DNA from: an uncultured Planctomycetota bacterium
Lineage (GTDB): Bacteria > Planctomycetota > Brocadiia > CAIUPP01
Reading direction: 5' to 3'
Assembly (NCBI GenBank): GCA_903901045.1
Contig: CAIUPP010000061.1
Coordinates: forward strand, 38,374 to 102,373
Length of the DNA stretch: 64,000 nt
Part shown: one piece after another, positions 8,135 through 17,702 of the stretch
Position numbering within the stretch: position 1 is the first letter of the stretch
Layout of the letters: each line of letters starts with the position of its first letter
Notes under the pieces: generated by a model
Told to the model about the DNA's origin: nothing
What the model saw: only the letters and a program-made list of their open reading frames with translations
Databases searched by the model: none
Position numbers and translations under genes: made by a program

Positions 8135-10197
8135 GGCTGCTTATCCTCCGGCGGAGCGGTCGGCTTCTTGCCGAGCCGCAGTTGCAGGTTGAAAATGTCC
8201 ACTTGCACCTTGTGGGAATAGGGGTGGTCGTTCGGCAGCCGGTCCGCCACGGTCAGCAGGATCTGCAGGGCGGTCTGCGGGTCGTCTTTGACCATGTTGA
8301 GGGCGCGGTTGTAATCCACGATGGCGTCATCTTCCATCTTCTTGATCCGGGCGGGCGCATTGCGGTTGGTGGGGTCCAGGAAGATCGCCTGCTGGTACTT
8401 GCGCCGCGCGGTGAGGTAGTCGTTCTGGAGCAGCGCCTTGTCCCCGGCGTCGACCAACTGCGTGGCGGCGGCCCCCTTCTTCGCGCTCAGGGCGGCCAGG
8501 TTGGCCTTTGCCTCGGCGGCGTAGTGGTTGGACTCCGGCTTCTCATAGCGGAGGACTTCGTTGAATTTGTCCTGGGCGGTCCCGAACTCCAAATCCTTGA
8601 GCGCCGCGAGGGCGGCGTCATGCGCGGCGACGACCTGCTTGATCCGCTGCACTTTCTCCGGATCGGCCTTCGGCAGCGTGGCGAGAATCTCAAGCGCCTT
8701 GGGGCCGTCCCCGGCGTTGTAGGCCGCGTCGGCCTGCTTGATGAGATCCTTCGCGTGGGCGACGGCCAGCAGGCCGGCTGCCTCTTTGGCGTAAGGGCTG
8801 TCCGGGGGAATGTCCGTCAGGGCGTCCACGGCGCGCCCCGGCGCGCCCGCGTCCGTCTCGGCGCGCGCGGCTTCGACCTTCTTGCGCTGCTCCTCGTACC
8901 GCCGGTACTGCGCGATCTTCGGTTCGAGCTCCCCGGCCAATGCGGGGGAGGCGCCGGCGAGTTGCTTCATCGAGGCGATGGCGTCGGACCAGTTCTGCGC
9001 GGCGGCCTGGTCGGCGGCGACCTTCTTCAGTTGGGTGATCGACTCCTCGAGAATCGCGGGCACGTCCTTGTAGAATGCGCTGTTCTCCCTGACCTGCCGG
9101 GCATACGTCAGCGCCTTGAGGAAATCGCGGCGCTCCATCGCTTGTTTCGCTTCGGTGAGGCTCGCCATGGATTCGGTCTCGTCGCGGATCCAGAGCAGCC
9201 GCGCTTCGGCCAGGAGCTTGGCGGAGGGGACGCCGCCGCTTTCGGCGGAGCGCTGCACGTCGGCCCAGCGTTTCTTGGCCTCCTCGAACTTCTCTTCAAA
9301 GGCGCGGCGCGCTTCGGCGTCGGCCTTGAACGCGACCAGGAGCAGGCTCGGCAGTTCCGTGCGCGTCTGCATCGGCATTTTGCTCAGCCGTTCGAGTTGC
9401 TGCGCGGCGTTCTCGGTGCGCCCCTCCTGGTACTCCTTCACGGCGCCGGCCATCATCTCCCGGTAGGCCGTCAGCGAGAGCGACTGGGGCCCTTTCTTCG
9501 CCGGCAGGAACAACGCGAGCGCCCCCAGCAGAACGGCCATCAGAAGCGCGCCGATCAGCAGAATCTTCAGTTTGCGGCTGCGCGGGGAAGCGCCGAGGGG
9601 CGCCCCTTCCACCGGCGCGGCGCGGCCCGATTCCTCGCGGCGCGTGACGACGGCCGGCAGCACGACGGGCGCCGCGTCCCCGGCGGGCGCGGCGGAGGGA
9701 ACCACTTCGACCTCGGCCCCGGTGGTGGTATCGCGCACGTACCAGCGGCCGTCGCGGACGATCATCTCCGTCCCGGCTCCTTCGCCGCCGGCGGCGGACT
9801 GGGCGAGGCTCTCATCGGCCGGGGTGGGGGCGTCGTCGGCCTGGAAATCCGGGGCGTCCGGGACGCGGCGCTCCAGTTCGGCGGAGCCGACTTCCAGCGG
9901 GCGCGTGTCCGAAGGCTCATCCTGGTCGAAGCGCATCCAGACGTTGCCCGCGCGCAGGCGCATCCCCGGCTGGAGGCGCGCTTCGTGAATGCGCTGCTGC
10001 CCGATGAAGGTGCCGTTCTTGGTCTCGAGGTCGCGCACGGTAAGCTGCTGGCCGGACAACTCCAGCTCCAGGTGGCGGCGGGAGAGGCTCCCCTCCGGGT
10101 AGCAGATGTCGCAGCCGGGGTCGCGCCCGACGACGCTGATCCCCTCCGGCAGGCGGAACTCGCGCCGCTTTCCCTTGCATTCGATGATGATCCGCAC
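8131..10197 (-). CDS. FHA-domain protein with TM segment and C-terminal TPR repeats
   Basis: N-terminal FHA motifs (GRDPGCDI...LSRRHLEL...RDLETKNGTF), a mid-protein hydrophobic helix, then a TPR-like Ala/Leu-rich C-terminus. Confidence 0.7.
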   Translation of the reverse strand: MRIIIECKGKRREFRLPEGISVVGRDPGCDICYPEGSLSRRHLELELSGQQLTVRDLETKNGTFIGQQRIHEARLQPGMRLRAGNVWMRFDQDEPSDTRPLEVGSAELERRVPDAPDFQADDAPTPADESLAQSAAGGEGAGTEMIVRDGRWYVRDTTTGAEVEVVPSAAPAGDAAPVVLPAVVTRREESGRAAPVEGAPLGASPRSRKLKILLIGALLMAVLLGALALFLPAKKGPQSLSLTAYREMMAGAVKEYQEGRTENAAQQLERLSKMPMQTRTELPSLLLVAFKADAEARRAFEEKFEEAKKRWADVQRSAESGGVPSAKLLAEARLLWIRDETESMASLTEAKQAMERRDFLKALTYARQVRENSAFYKDVPAILEESITQLKKVAADQAAAQNWSDAIASMKQLAGASPALAGELEPKIAQYRRYEEQRKKVEAARAETDAGAPGRAVDALTDIPPDSPYAKEAAGLLAVAHAKDLIKQADAAYNAGDGPKALEILATLPKADPEKVQRIKQVVAAHDAALAALKDLEFGTAQDKFNEVLRYEKPESNHYAAEAKANLAALSAKKGAAATQLVDAGDKALLQNDYLTARRKYQQAIFLDPTNRNAPARIKKMEDDAIVDYNRALNMVKDDPQTALQILLTVADRLPNDHPYSHKVQVDIFNLQLRLGKKPTAPPEDKQP

Positions 10198-10207
10198 GGC
10201 GGCCTCC

Positions 10208-11443
10208 TCACTTCCTCTTCGTCATTTGCGGCAGAAAGATGCTCTGCAACAGCGCGCGCACCTTCTGGTTGCGCCAGTCATTCTCATCCGGGATCAGCTT
10301 GAGCGCTTCCTCCAGCAACTGCCCCTCGCGCGCCGCGTCGTGGTTGCTCAGCGCCACGCGAATCTCGCCGGCGATCTTCTCCCACTTCGCATCCACCGCG
10401 GTCTTCGCCGCGATCAGCCCCCGGCTGGCCGCTAGGTAATCCTCCCCCTTGGTCAGCTTGGAAAGCACCGCCAGCGCGCATTCGTACTGCTGCTGCGCCA
10501 GGTAGGGGCGTTCCGCCTGAAGCGCGCGCCCCGACTCGACATAGTAATGCGCGCGCGCGCGGCGTTCCACGTCGCTGAGCTGGGCGTAGGTGAGGTCGTC
10601 CAGCGAGTTCTCGATCCGGCCGCGCACGAGGACGCGCATGACGCCTATCGTTCCGTCCTCTTTAGTGATCTTGACGTCCGCCTCCCCGCCGCTGACGCCG
10701 GAGACGACGTATTCCCAGGGATCGTCCAGCTTGGTCACTTGGACAATCTGGTCCGGGCTGACCTCAAGCGTGGCGATCGCCGGCCGCTTATTGCCATCCT
10801 TATCCGCCTTCGAAATGGAAAGCCAGCGGTTCTCGCCCACGCGGATGAGAATGGTGGGTATCTGGATTACGCCGCTGCTGGTGTCCTTATTCCTTCCGAG
10901 GATGAGCGCGCTGACGCCGACGGCCAGCAGCAGGCCCACGACCGCGGCGATCAGCAGCTTCACGTTGAGCTTGGCGCTGCCGCCTCCCTGCGTGGCGGCG
11001 GGGGAGGGCGCGGCCTGGCCCGTCCCCGGCGTCACCGGCTGCCAGCCGGCCGGGATGGCCGGCGCGCGCGACGGGGCGACGGCGGTCGAAGGCGCTCCCT
11101 TCTGCGGCGCGCTCCCCGGCGCTGAAGCGCCGATGATCTCAAAGCGCATCTCGATATCGCCCACGGTGAACAGGTCGCCGTTCTCCAGGATCGATTCGCG
11201 CACGGGATTGCCCCCGACGGTGATCCCGTTGCGGCTGTCCAGGTCGCGCAGGACGAAATGCCCCTTCTCCTCGGTGATCCGCGCATGCTGGCGGCTGATC
11301 GAAGCCTGGTCCAGGATGATCTCGCATTCCGGGTTGCGCCCGATGGTGGCGACGGGGCCGGTGAGGATGAAGCTGCGCCCCTGCAACGGAGGGGTCAGGA
11401 TCGTCAGGCGCGGGCGTCCGGTTCCGGATGAAGTCGCGCTCAT
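10208..11443 (-). CDS. FHA-domain membrane protein
   Basis: N-terminal FHA (GRNPECEIILDQASISRQHARI...RDLDSRNGI) and one TM helix (LLIAAVVGLLLAVGVSALIL). Confidence 0.7.
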   Translation of the reverse strand: MSATSSGTGRPRLTILTPPLQGRSFILTGPVATIGRNPECEIILDQASISRQHARITEEKGHFVLRDLDSRNGITVGGNPVRESILENGDLFTVGDIEMRFEIIGASAPGSAPQKGAPSTAVAPSRAPAIPAGWQPVTPGTGQAAPSPAATQGGGSAKLNVKLLIAAVVGLLLAVGVSALILGRNKDTSSGVIQIPTILIRVGENRWLSISKADKDGNKRPAIATLEVSPDQIVQVTKLDDPWEYVVSGVSGGEADVKITKEDGTIGVMRVLVRGRIENSLDDLTYAQLSDVERRARAHYYVESGRALQAERPYLAQQQYECALAVLSKLTKGEDYLAASRGLIAAKTAVDAKWEKIAGEIRVALSNHDAAREGQLLEEALKLIPDENDWRNQKVRALLQSIFLPQMTKRK

Positions 11444-11790
11444 GCAGACTCCTCAAGTCGCAAAGCGTCGCCGGGCATCAGCCCGACGCCGTCCAGGGCC
11501 CCGGCGGGCAATTCCAGCACGCACCGGGCGCCCCAGCAGGAGGCCAGCCGCCAGGGCTTCAGGCCAGGCGTCACTTTGCGCACCACCCAATCATCGTCCA
11601 GAAAGACCGCGTCGATCGCAAACCGCATGAAGAAAGTATGGATGCTCGCGCAGCGCTCGATCAACATGCCGCCGCCGGGGGGCAGACCGTCGCGCCCCAG
11701 CAGCCCGCGCATGCGCGCCGCCGTCGTCCGCGCTATCTCCACCCGGTCCGCAAGCACGCGGCCCGTGCGACTGTGGACCAATTTTACCAT
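11440..11790 (-). CDS. DUF192 (COG1430) family protein
   Basis: MVKLVHSRTGRVLADRVEIARTTAARMRGLLGR...MLIERCASIHTFFMRFAIDAVFLD matches DUF192. ATG at 11790. Confidence 0.65.
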   Translation of the reverse strand: MVKLVHSRTGRVLADRVEIARTTAARMRGLLGRDGLPPGGGMLIERCASIHTFFMRFAIDAVFLDDDWVVRKVTPGLKPWRLASCWGARCVLELPAGALDGVGLMPGDALRLEESA

Positions 11791-11792
11791 AG

Positions 11793-12310
11793 AATTGATA
11801 AGTGATGAGTGATGAATGTTGATTGATAATTGGTCATTGTTCGGCCTATTCCTGGCAAGACGTGACTGTGCGCACGGGGGCCCGATAGTTCGCCGTCTTC
11901 GAAGAGGCAACGCAGATCGCCGTCAACTCACCGACTTCCCGCAAGAGGCCCTCCATGCGTTTGGCCGGAATCATTTCAGCCGCCGCAATCAGGCGCAGCC
12001 AGTACTGGGCCTCGCGCAATTCTTTGACGACGATCTGCAGCTTGTGCGCAAAATCTCTCTTGCTCTCCGCGCCGCACGCTTCGCTGTAATTTGCCCCCGC
12101 AGAAGTGGCCGCGCGGAAAAGCTGAAGACTTACGTGCTGCGCCAGCGATGTTTTCGGCAGGGCCGAGGCAAGTCCGTAGGTTCGCGCGCCGAATCGAAGG
12201 AACCTCTCGCACAACTCCCTGCTATTCATCATCCCCTCGCCAACATGATAATTGTCGTTCTCCTGCTCCAATTATCAATCATCACTTATCACTCATCCAT
12301 TATCAATTCT
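11793..12310. repeat. cassette A: four-helix-bundle gene bracketed by ~40-bp inverted repeats made of tandem heptamers (GTGATGA/TTGATAA units)
   Basis: Left arm AATTGATAAGTGATGAGTGATGAATGTTGATTGATAATTG (~11793-11836). The reverse complement of the right arm (~12270-12310) is GAATTGATAATGGATGAGTGATAAGTGATGATTGATAATTG. Confidence 0.8.
11846..12232 (-). CDS. four-helix-bundle protein, '23S rRNA intervening-sequence protein' family (TIGR02436/PF05635-like), copy A
   Basis: Family core ATSAGANYSEACGAESKRDFAHKLQIVVKELREAQYWLRL; paralogous to copies B-D. Confidence 0.8.
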   Translation of the reverse strand: MMNSRELCERFLRFGARTYGLASALPKTSLAQHVSLQLFRAATSAGANYSEACGAESKRDFAHKLQIVVKELREAQYWLRLIAAAEMIPAKRMEGLLREVGELTAICVASSKTANYRAPVRTVTSCQE

Positions 12311-12311
12311 C

Positions 12312-13241
12312 TTATCTCGTCATCAATTTAAGAACAATCGGCCCGAAGATCATGATGAAAATCGTGGGGAAAATGAACAGGATGAGGGGCAGAAGGATCT
12401 TGACCGGCGCTTCCATCGCGAGCTTCTCGGCAGTCTGGCTGCGGCGCGTGCGCATCTGGTCGGCCTGGATGCGCAGGATCGGGCCGAGGCTGGAGCCGAG
12501 CTCGTCGGCCTGGATCAGCGCACTGACCACGCTGTTGAGTTCGGAAGCGTCCACGCGGCGGCTCAGTTCGCGCAACGCCTGCGCGCGCGTGCGGCCCAGC
12601 TGGATGTCGCGCACCGTCTGCCCCAGTTCCACCCCGAGCGGCCCGGGGCCGAGTTTCTTCACGATGCGCGCGAGCGCCTGCGTGAAGTCCAGCCCGGCCT
12701 CGACCGAGAGGGTGAGCAGGTCCAGCGCGTAGGGGAGCCCGCGGCGGATTTCGTCGCGGCGCGCTTTCACCCGCGAACGCAGCCAGAGCAGCGGCATGTA
12801 CATGCCGCCGAGGGCGAAGATGAGAATGATCGCGTTGAAGTTCATCCGGAGGTTGAACAGCGCTCCCAGGAGCCCCCCGCAAATCCCCCCCAGCAGCACC
12901 ATCCCGAGGAACTCGTCGGCGCTGACCCCTTCCGGGTAGGAGGCGCTGCGCAGTTGTTTTTCGGCCCAGATGCGAGGGGCGAGCAGGAAGGACTTCTCCG
13001 CCGGCCGGCCCGTGGCCATTTCGACGCGCGCCGAGACCCTCGCCAGCACGAACGAGAGCGCCCGCGCGGGGGGCCGCAGCAGCTTGAACAGCGGCGAGGA
13101 GGCCGGCCGCCCCAGGCTGCGGTACTGCCGCGCCTCGGCGCGGGCCCCCATCAGGGTGCGCGCCAGCGTATACGCCAGGAGCGCCACGCTCGTCCCCGCG
13201 CACAGCGCCAGCAGCATCGTCTGCAGCGATCCGTCTTCCAT
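12312..13241 (-). CDS. tadC: Flp pilus assembly protein TadC (T2SS-F domain)
   Basis: ATG at 13241 (MEDGSLQTMLLALCAG...). GspF-like domain and TM helices. Confidence 0.85.
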   Translation of the reverse strand: MEDGSLQTMLLALCAGTSVALLAYTLARTLMGARAEARQYRSLGRPASSPLFKLLRPPARALSFVLARVSARVEMATGRPAEKSFLLAPRIWAEKQLRSASYPEGVSADEFLGMVLLGGICGGLLGALFNLRMNFNAIILIFALGGMYMPLLWLRSRVKARRDEIRRGLPYALDLLTLSVEAGLDFTQALARIVKKLGPGPLGVELGQTVRDIQLGRTRAQALRELSRRVDASELNSVVSALIQADELGSSLGPILRIQADQMRTRRSQTAEKLAMEAPVKILLPLILFIFPTIFIMIFGPIVLKLMTR

Positions 13242-13246
13242 TCCGC

Positions 13247-14119
13247 TCACACCTTGATCGAAACGATTCGCCAGATCATGAACACTCCGATCGCCTCCAT
13301 CACCACCACGCCCGCCATCATCAGCCAGCCGAGCCAGTGCGTGAACATGGGCCGCATGAGCTCCGGGCTCCAGGCGTTCAGCGCCAGGAAAATCAGCACC
13401 GGCAGCAGGCCGATGATCACCCCCTGCATTTTCCCCTGCGCGGTCAGCGAGGAGATCTTCCCCTGGATGCGGTGGCGGTCGCGGATGGTGTCGGCGATGT
13501 TGTCGAACACCTCGGCGAGGTTCCCGCCCACCTCGCGGCTGATGAGGATGGAGGTGATGAGAATGTCCAGGTCCTCGCCCGGCATGCGGTCGAGCAGGTG
13601 CTGGAGCGCGTCCTCCATCGTGACGCCCAGGCGCATCTCCTGCACCATCAGGCGCATCTCCTGCCCCATCGGGTTCTCCGTCTCGCGCGCAATCAGCTCG
13701 AACGCCGCCGGCAGGCTGTGGCCCGCGCGCAGACTGTTGCCCATCGCCACCAGCGCGTCCTCCAACTGCACGCCGAACTTCTTGTCCCGCCGCCACTTGA
13801 GGAAGCGCACGATGATGGTGGGGGTCGCGAACGCCGCGATCCCCACGAAAATCGCCAGCACGACGTTCAACGTCATGACGGCGAAAATAATGAACACGAC
13901 CAGCGTGGAAAGGAAAGAGAGGTAGAGGATCTGCTGGACTGTCATGGTCAGGTACATTGCGTCGAGGGTGCGCGTGGCGCCGGAGACGTACTTCTCCTCG
14001 TAGGTCTTGAACCCCTTGGAGAGGAACGCCATCAGCCCGTACATCAGCAGCACGACGGCGAAGAACGCCGCGCCGAGGGTCACCACCGTCCAGGCCTGAC
14101 TCAGTTGGCCGGGGTTCAT
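13247..14119 (-). CDS. tadB: Flp pilus assembly protein TadB (T2SS-F domain)
   Basis: 290 aa polytopic protein with GspF-like domain, adjacent to tadC and cpaF. Confidence 0.85.
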   Translation of the reverse strand: MNPGQLSQAWTVVTLGAAFFAVVLLMYGLMAFLSKGFKTYEEKYVSGATRTLDAMYLTMTVQQILYLSFLSTLVVFIIFAVMTLNVVLAIFVGIAAFATPTIIVRFLKWRRDKKFGVQLEDALVAMGNSLRAGHSLPAAFELIARETENPMGQEMRLMVQEMRLGVTMEDALQHLLDRMPGEDLDILITSILISREVGGNLAEVFDNIADTIRDRHRIQGKISSLTAQGKMQGVIIGLLPVLIFLALNAWSPELMRPMFTHWLGWLMMAGVVVMEAIGVFMIWRIVSIKV

Positions 14120-14120
14120 C

Positions 14121-15755
14121 TCATTCCTCCACCGGCTTGAACAGTGCCAGGTCCACCGGCACGCCGCGCTCGCGCAGCTCCTGCACGAACTTCGGGATTG
14201 CGCCGGTGGCCGTCATCACCCCCAGCACGCGGCCATGCTCGTCGTATCCCTTCTGTCGGAACTCGAAGATCGGCTGCATGATGACCGTGTCCTGCTCCAT
14301 GCCGGTGATCTCGGAGATGTTGGTGATCTTGCGCGTGCCGTCCGGCAGGCGCGCGCCGTGGACGATGAGGCTGATGGCGGCGGTGATCTGCTCGCGGATG
14401 GCGCGGCTGGGCAGATCGAGGCCGGCCATGAGCACGAGCGTTTCCAGGCGCGCCAGGACGTCGCGCGGGCTGTTCGCGTGGAGCGTGGTGAGCGAGCCAT
14501 CGTGGCCGGTGTTCATGGCCTGGAGCATGTCGAGCGCCTCGCCGCCGCGGCACTCGCCGACGACGATCCGGTCGGGCCGCATGCGCAGGGCGTTGATGAC
14601 GAGCTTTCGGATCGGCACCTCCCCCTTCCCCTCGATGCTGGGGGGCTTGCTTTCCAGGCTGATCACATGCTCCTGCGCGAGTTGCAGTTCGGCGGCATCC
14701 TCAATGGTGATGATGCGCTCGGTCGATGGAATGAAGCCGCTGAGGATGTTCAAGAGGGTGGTCTTGCCCGAGCCGGTGCCGCCGCTGATGACGGCGTTCT
14801 TGCGGTTGACCACGCCGATCTGAAGGAAATCGGCCATCGCCTGCGAGAGCGAGCCGAAGCGGATGAGGTCGGTGGTGGTGAACGGGGTGCGCGCGAATTT
14901 GCGGATGGTGAGCGTGGGGCCGGTGAGCGCCAGCGGCGGGATGATGGCGTTCACGCGCGAGCCGTCGGCCAGGCGCGCGTCCACCATGGGGCTGGACTCA
15001 TCCACGCGCCGCCCGATGGGCGCCAGGATGCGCCGGATGACCGCCAGAAGCTGCTCGTTGCTGGTGAAGCGCTTGTCGGTCAGCTCCAGCCGGCCATGCC
15101 GCTCGATGTAGATCTTGTCCCAGCCGTTGACCATCACTTCGTCCACGGAATCGTCGGCCAGGAAATCCTCCAGCGCGCCCAGCGCGATGGCCTCGTCCAC
15201 GACCTCCTTGACCAGCGCCTCCGAGGTGAGCCAGGAGGGGCGCTCCGAGGCGAACTTGGCGACGGCGGCGCGGGCGGCGACCGAGGTTTTGCCCCGCACT
15301 TCCTCCGTGGTCTTCTCCGTCAGGTCGGTGTGCTTGAGGTCGAGAGAGGCGAGGATTTCATCATGGATCTTCTTCTTCAGTTCGACCGGCGTGCGGCGGT
15401 CCGGGCCGAGGCGGGGATGTTTCGCGGAACTGGGCGGCTTGCCCACCGCTTCGGGGGCGGCCTCGCCGGCATGGAAGGTGAGCGTGAACGGCCCGATGCG
15501 AATGACGTTGCGCTCCCCCAGCGGCGCCTGCCCGATCACCTTGGCGCTGTTGAGGAAGGTGCCGTTGCGGCTGCCCAGGTCGTGCAGCACGTAGGCCTTG
15601 TCCTCGTAAGCGACGATGCAATGCTCGCGAGAGATGCTGGGGTGGTCGAGCACGAGGTGGTTGACGCCGGCCTTCTTGCCGATCTTGAAGGGCAGCGGGT
15701 CCAGCGGAACGCTGCGCGCGGAGCCGCTTTCGTCTCGCAGGATCAGTACCGCCAT
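14121..15755 (-). CDS. cpaF: CpaF/TadA secretion ATPase with N-terminal FHA domain fusion
   Basis: FHA N-terminus (IGKKAGVNHLVLDHPSISREHCIV...LHDLGSRNGTFLN), then Walker A (GGTGSGKTT) and VirB11/CpaF motifs. Confidence 0.9.
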   Translation of the reverse strand: MAVLILRDESGSARSVPLDPLPFKIGKKAGVNHLVLDHPSISREHCIVAYEDKAYVLHDLGSRNGTFLNSAKVIGQAPLGERNVIRIGPFTLTFHAGEAAPEAVGKPPSSAKHPRLGPDRRTPVELKKKIHDEILASLDLKHTDLTEKTTEEVRGKTSVAARAAVAKFASERPSWLTSEALVKEVVDEAIALGALEDFLADDSVDEVMVNGWDKIYIERHGRLELTDKRFTSNEQLLAVIRRILAPIGRRVDESSPMVDARLADGSRVNAIIPPLALTGPTLTIRKFARTPFTTTDLIRFGSLSQAMADFLQIGVVNRKNAVISGGTGSGKTTLLNILSGFIPSTERIITIEDAAELQLAQEHVISLESKPPSIEGKGEVPIRKLVINALRMRPDRIVVGECRGGEALDMLQAMNTGHDGSLTTLHANSPRDVLARLETLVLMAGLDLPSRAIREQITAAISLIVHGARLPDGTRKITNISEITGMEQDTVIMQPIFEFRQKGYDEHGRVLGVMTATGAIPKFVQELRERGVPVDLALFKPVEE

Positions 15756-15860
15756 ATCATCCTCTCCCGTTCAGGCCGGTCATGGGTCCGCCGCGCCGGG
15801 GCGCAGCGTTCTTAAGCGCGGAGGCAAGGCAGAGCCTGGCCCCGGCGACGGCATGCGCCG

Positions 15861-16727
15861 CTACGGTTGCGGAACAAACTCTTCCAGCGACCCCTGCTTC
15901 TTCAGGCGCTCGTCTCGGTCCTTGCGGGCGGTGGCGGCCAGGTCGAGCAGGTTCTTGTCGCTGACATCCTGAGCCTCCGGGACGTTGGTGTCGGCGACCG
16001 GGCTCCGCAGGGACATGGTCAGCGCGCCATCCTGCTGCGCGTAGACCAGAAGGTTCGCCTCCAGCGGGCTGACCGCCACGGTGATGGTGCTGTAGCTCTT
16101 GACGCGCGCGCCGTTGCTGATGACGTACTCCTCGTCATGCGTGCGGCTGTCCACGGCGAGGATGCGCACGTTGTCCAGCAGCAGCACGGTGTGGCTGGCG
16201 GTAGCGCCGGTCATCGGGGCGCCCGCGGCGGCCGGGGCGCGAGCCGCCGCCCCTTGCTGCGTGCTGGTCGGGAACGTGCCGATGACGTCCACCCGGCTCC
16301 CGGGAACCAGGTTGCCGGCGACGCCGGTGACGTTATCCACGCGCAGCGTGACCGCGCGCTCGCCGGCGTTGAGCTTCTGCTCGAGCTTCTCCACCGGCTG
16401 CCGGAAATAACTCCAGCGCAGCGGCTCGCCGCGCTCCACGGTCTTGTTGATGACCTGCCCGAGGAACCGCTGGTCGTCGGCCATGATGTCGTCCGCCGTG
16501 ACGGTCGACTCGGTGACGATCTTGCCGGGGAGGTTGTCCACGTCCTTGTAGAGCATCTTCGGCAGGACGGGGGTGCCCGCCGTGATACGCTCGCCGGCCG
16601 CCGCGATGCGCTGCGGCTTGAACTTGTTCTGGAAGTCGTTCTGCCGGTTCTGAAGCACCTTCTGGAACCCATAGACGGCGACGAGGCCCAGGACCACGGC
16701 CAGGATCAAGGCGAGCTTGTTCTTCAC
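15861..16727 (-). CDS. cpaB: Flp pilus assembly protein CpaB/RcpC (SAF domain)
   Basis: Likely GTG start at ~16727 preceded by GGAGG. TM anchor (MKNKLALILAVVLGLVAV) and CpaB-type domain. Confidence 0.8.
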   Translation of the reverse strand: MKNKLALILAVVLGLVAVYGFQKVLQNRQNDFQNKFKPQRIAAAGERITAGTPVLPKMLYKDVDNLPGKIVTESTVTADDIMADDQRFLGQVINKTVERGEPLRWSYFRQPVEKLEQKLNAGERAVTLRVDNVTGVAGNLVPGSRVDVIGTFPTSTQQGAAARAPAAAGAPMTGATASHTVLLLDNVRILAVDSRTHDEEYVISNGARVKSYSTITVAVSPLEANLLVYAQQDGALTMSLRSPVADTNVPEAQDVSDKNLLDLAATARKDRDERLKKQGSLEEFVPQP

Positions 16728-17233
16728 TGCATTTCCTCCTTGGGGCCCGCTGCGGCGGGACCCCGGTTGGGGACGGAGGCCTGGCGCATGAGGGTGACGG
16801 CTGAGCCGCCTCCTGCGCCCGCCTCGACGATGCTTATGATACACCAACTGCCGGTAGGGTCTGCAAATGTCAGGGGCATCCCGCCGGGCTCCTCCATCAT
16901 GCCCGGCAAGCGTTGCGTTGTCCAGCCCCGCGCGGGCATTTCATGCCTGTAGAACTCCGCGACCGCGTCGGCGGACTCGCGGCTGACGTAGCGAACCAAT
17001 ACGCGCCCCGAGCCCGGCGCGGAGTTCAGGATGCCGGCCAGTTGCGATTCCGGCGGCGCGGGGATGTTCTCCAGCGCCCGCCCCGCCCTGCCCGTTGCCC
17101 CGCGCTCCACAATTGCGGGCAATAATCCGTAATGGCCGATGGCGAAAGACAAGGCTACGATAAGCCCGGCGCCTGCAAGACGGAAAACGATTTCTGACTT
17201 CTGATTCCTGAATTCTGATTTCTGATTTGCCAT
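16724..17233 (-). CDS. hypothetical small membrane protein; N-terminus (MANQKSEFRNQKSEI) encoded by heptamer-repeat arm
   Basis: 169 aa with one TM helix. Overlaps cpaB start by 4 nt. The first 15 codons are the TTCTGAT tandem repeat. Confidence 0.4.
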   Translation of the reverse strand: MANQKSEFRNQKSEIVFRLAGAGLIVALSFAIGHYGLLPAIVERGATGRAGRALENIPAPPESQLAGILNSAPGSGRVLVRYVSRESADAVAEFYRHEMPARGWTTQRLPGMMEEPGGMPLTFADPTGSWCIISIVEAGAGGGSAVTLMRQASVPNRGPAAAGPKEEMQ

Positions 17234-17702
17234 GTTTCACATGCTACGTTGACAATTCGTCCTGTCTGAGTGAGTCCGCATTCTTCCGCGACTTGTACGT
17301 GGTGACCGCGGCGACGAAGATACGGATCAACTGGTCTGCCTCGTCGAGCATCCCGGTCAGACGCTTTGCGGGCAAGAGTCCGGCTTCGGCTATCAGCCGC
17401 AGCCAATACTCGCTCTCGCGCAATTCCTTCAAAGATATCTGCATCTTGTGAAGGAAATCCTGGCGGCTTTCCGCCCCTGACGCCTCACAGTAGTTTGCCC
17501 CGGCGGAGGTGGCGGCCCGCATGAGTTGAAGGCCGACATGCCGCCCCGTGGCCGACTTGGTCAGCGCATTTGCCACATGAATACTTCGGACTCCGAATTG
17601 CAGCAGCCTCCGGTTCAAGTCGTGCTTGTCCATGCTGTGCGCTCCCGATGAAACCTCACACTGCTCTCCGCCCGAGGCACAAATCAGAACTCAGAAATCG
17701 TT
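17186..17702. repeat. cassette B: four-helix-bundle gene bracketed by inverted heptamer-repeat arms (TTCTGAT units)
   Basis: Left arm CGATTTCTGACTTCTGATTCCTGAATTCTGATTTCTGATTTG. Right arm reverse complement is AACGATTTCTGAGTTCTGATTTGTG (shorter arm). Confidence 0.75.
17244..17633 (-). CDS. four-helix-bundle protein, 23S-IVS-protein family, copy B
   Basis: Family core ATSAGANYCEASGAESRQDFLHKMQISLKELRESEYWLRL. Confidence 0.8.
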   Translation of the reverse strand: MDKHDLNRRLLQFGVRSIHVANALTKSATGRHVGLQLMRAATSAGANYCEASGAESRQDFLHKMQISLKELRESEYWLRLIAEAGLLPAKRLTGMLDEADQLIRIFVAAVTTYKSRKNADSLRQDELST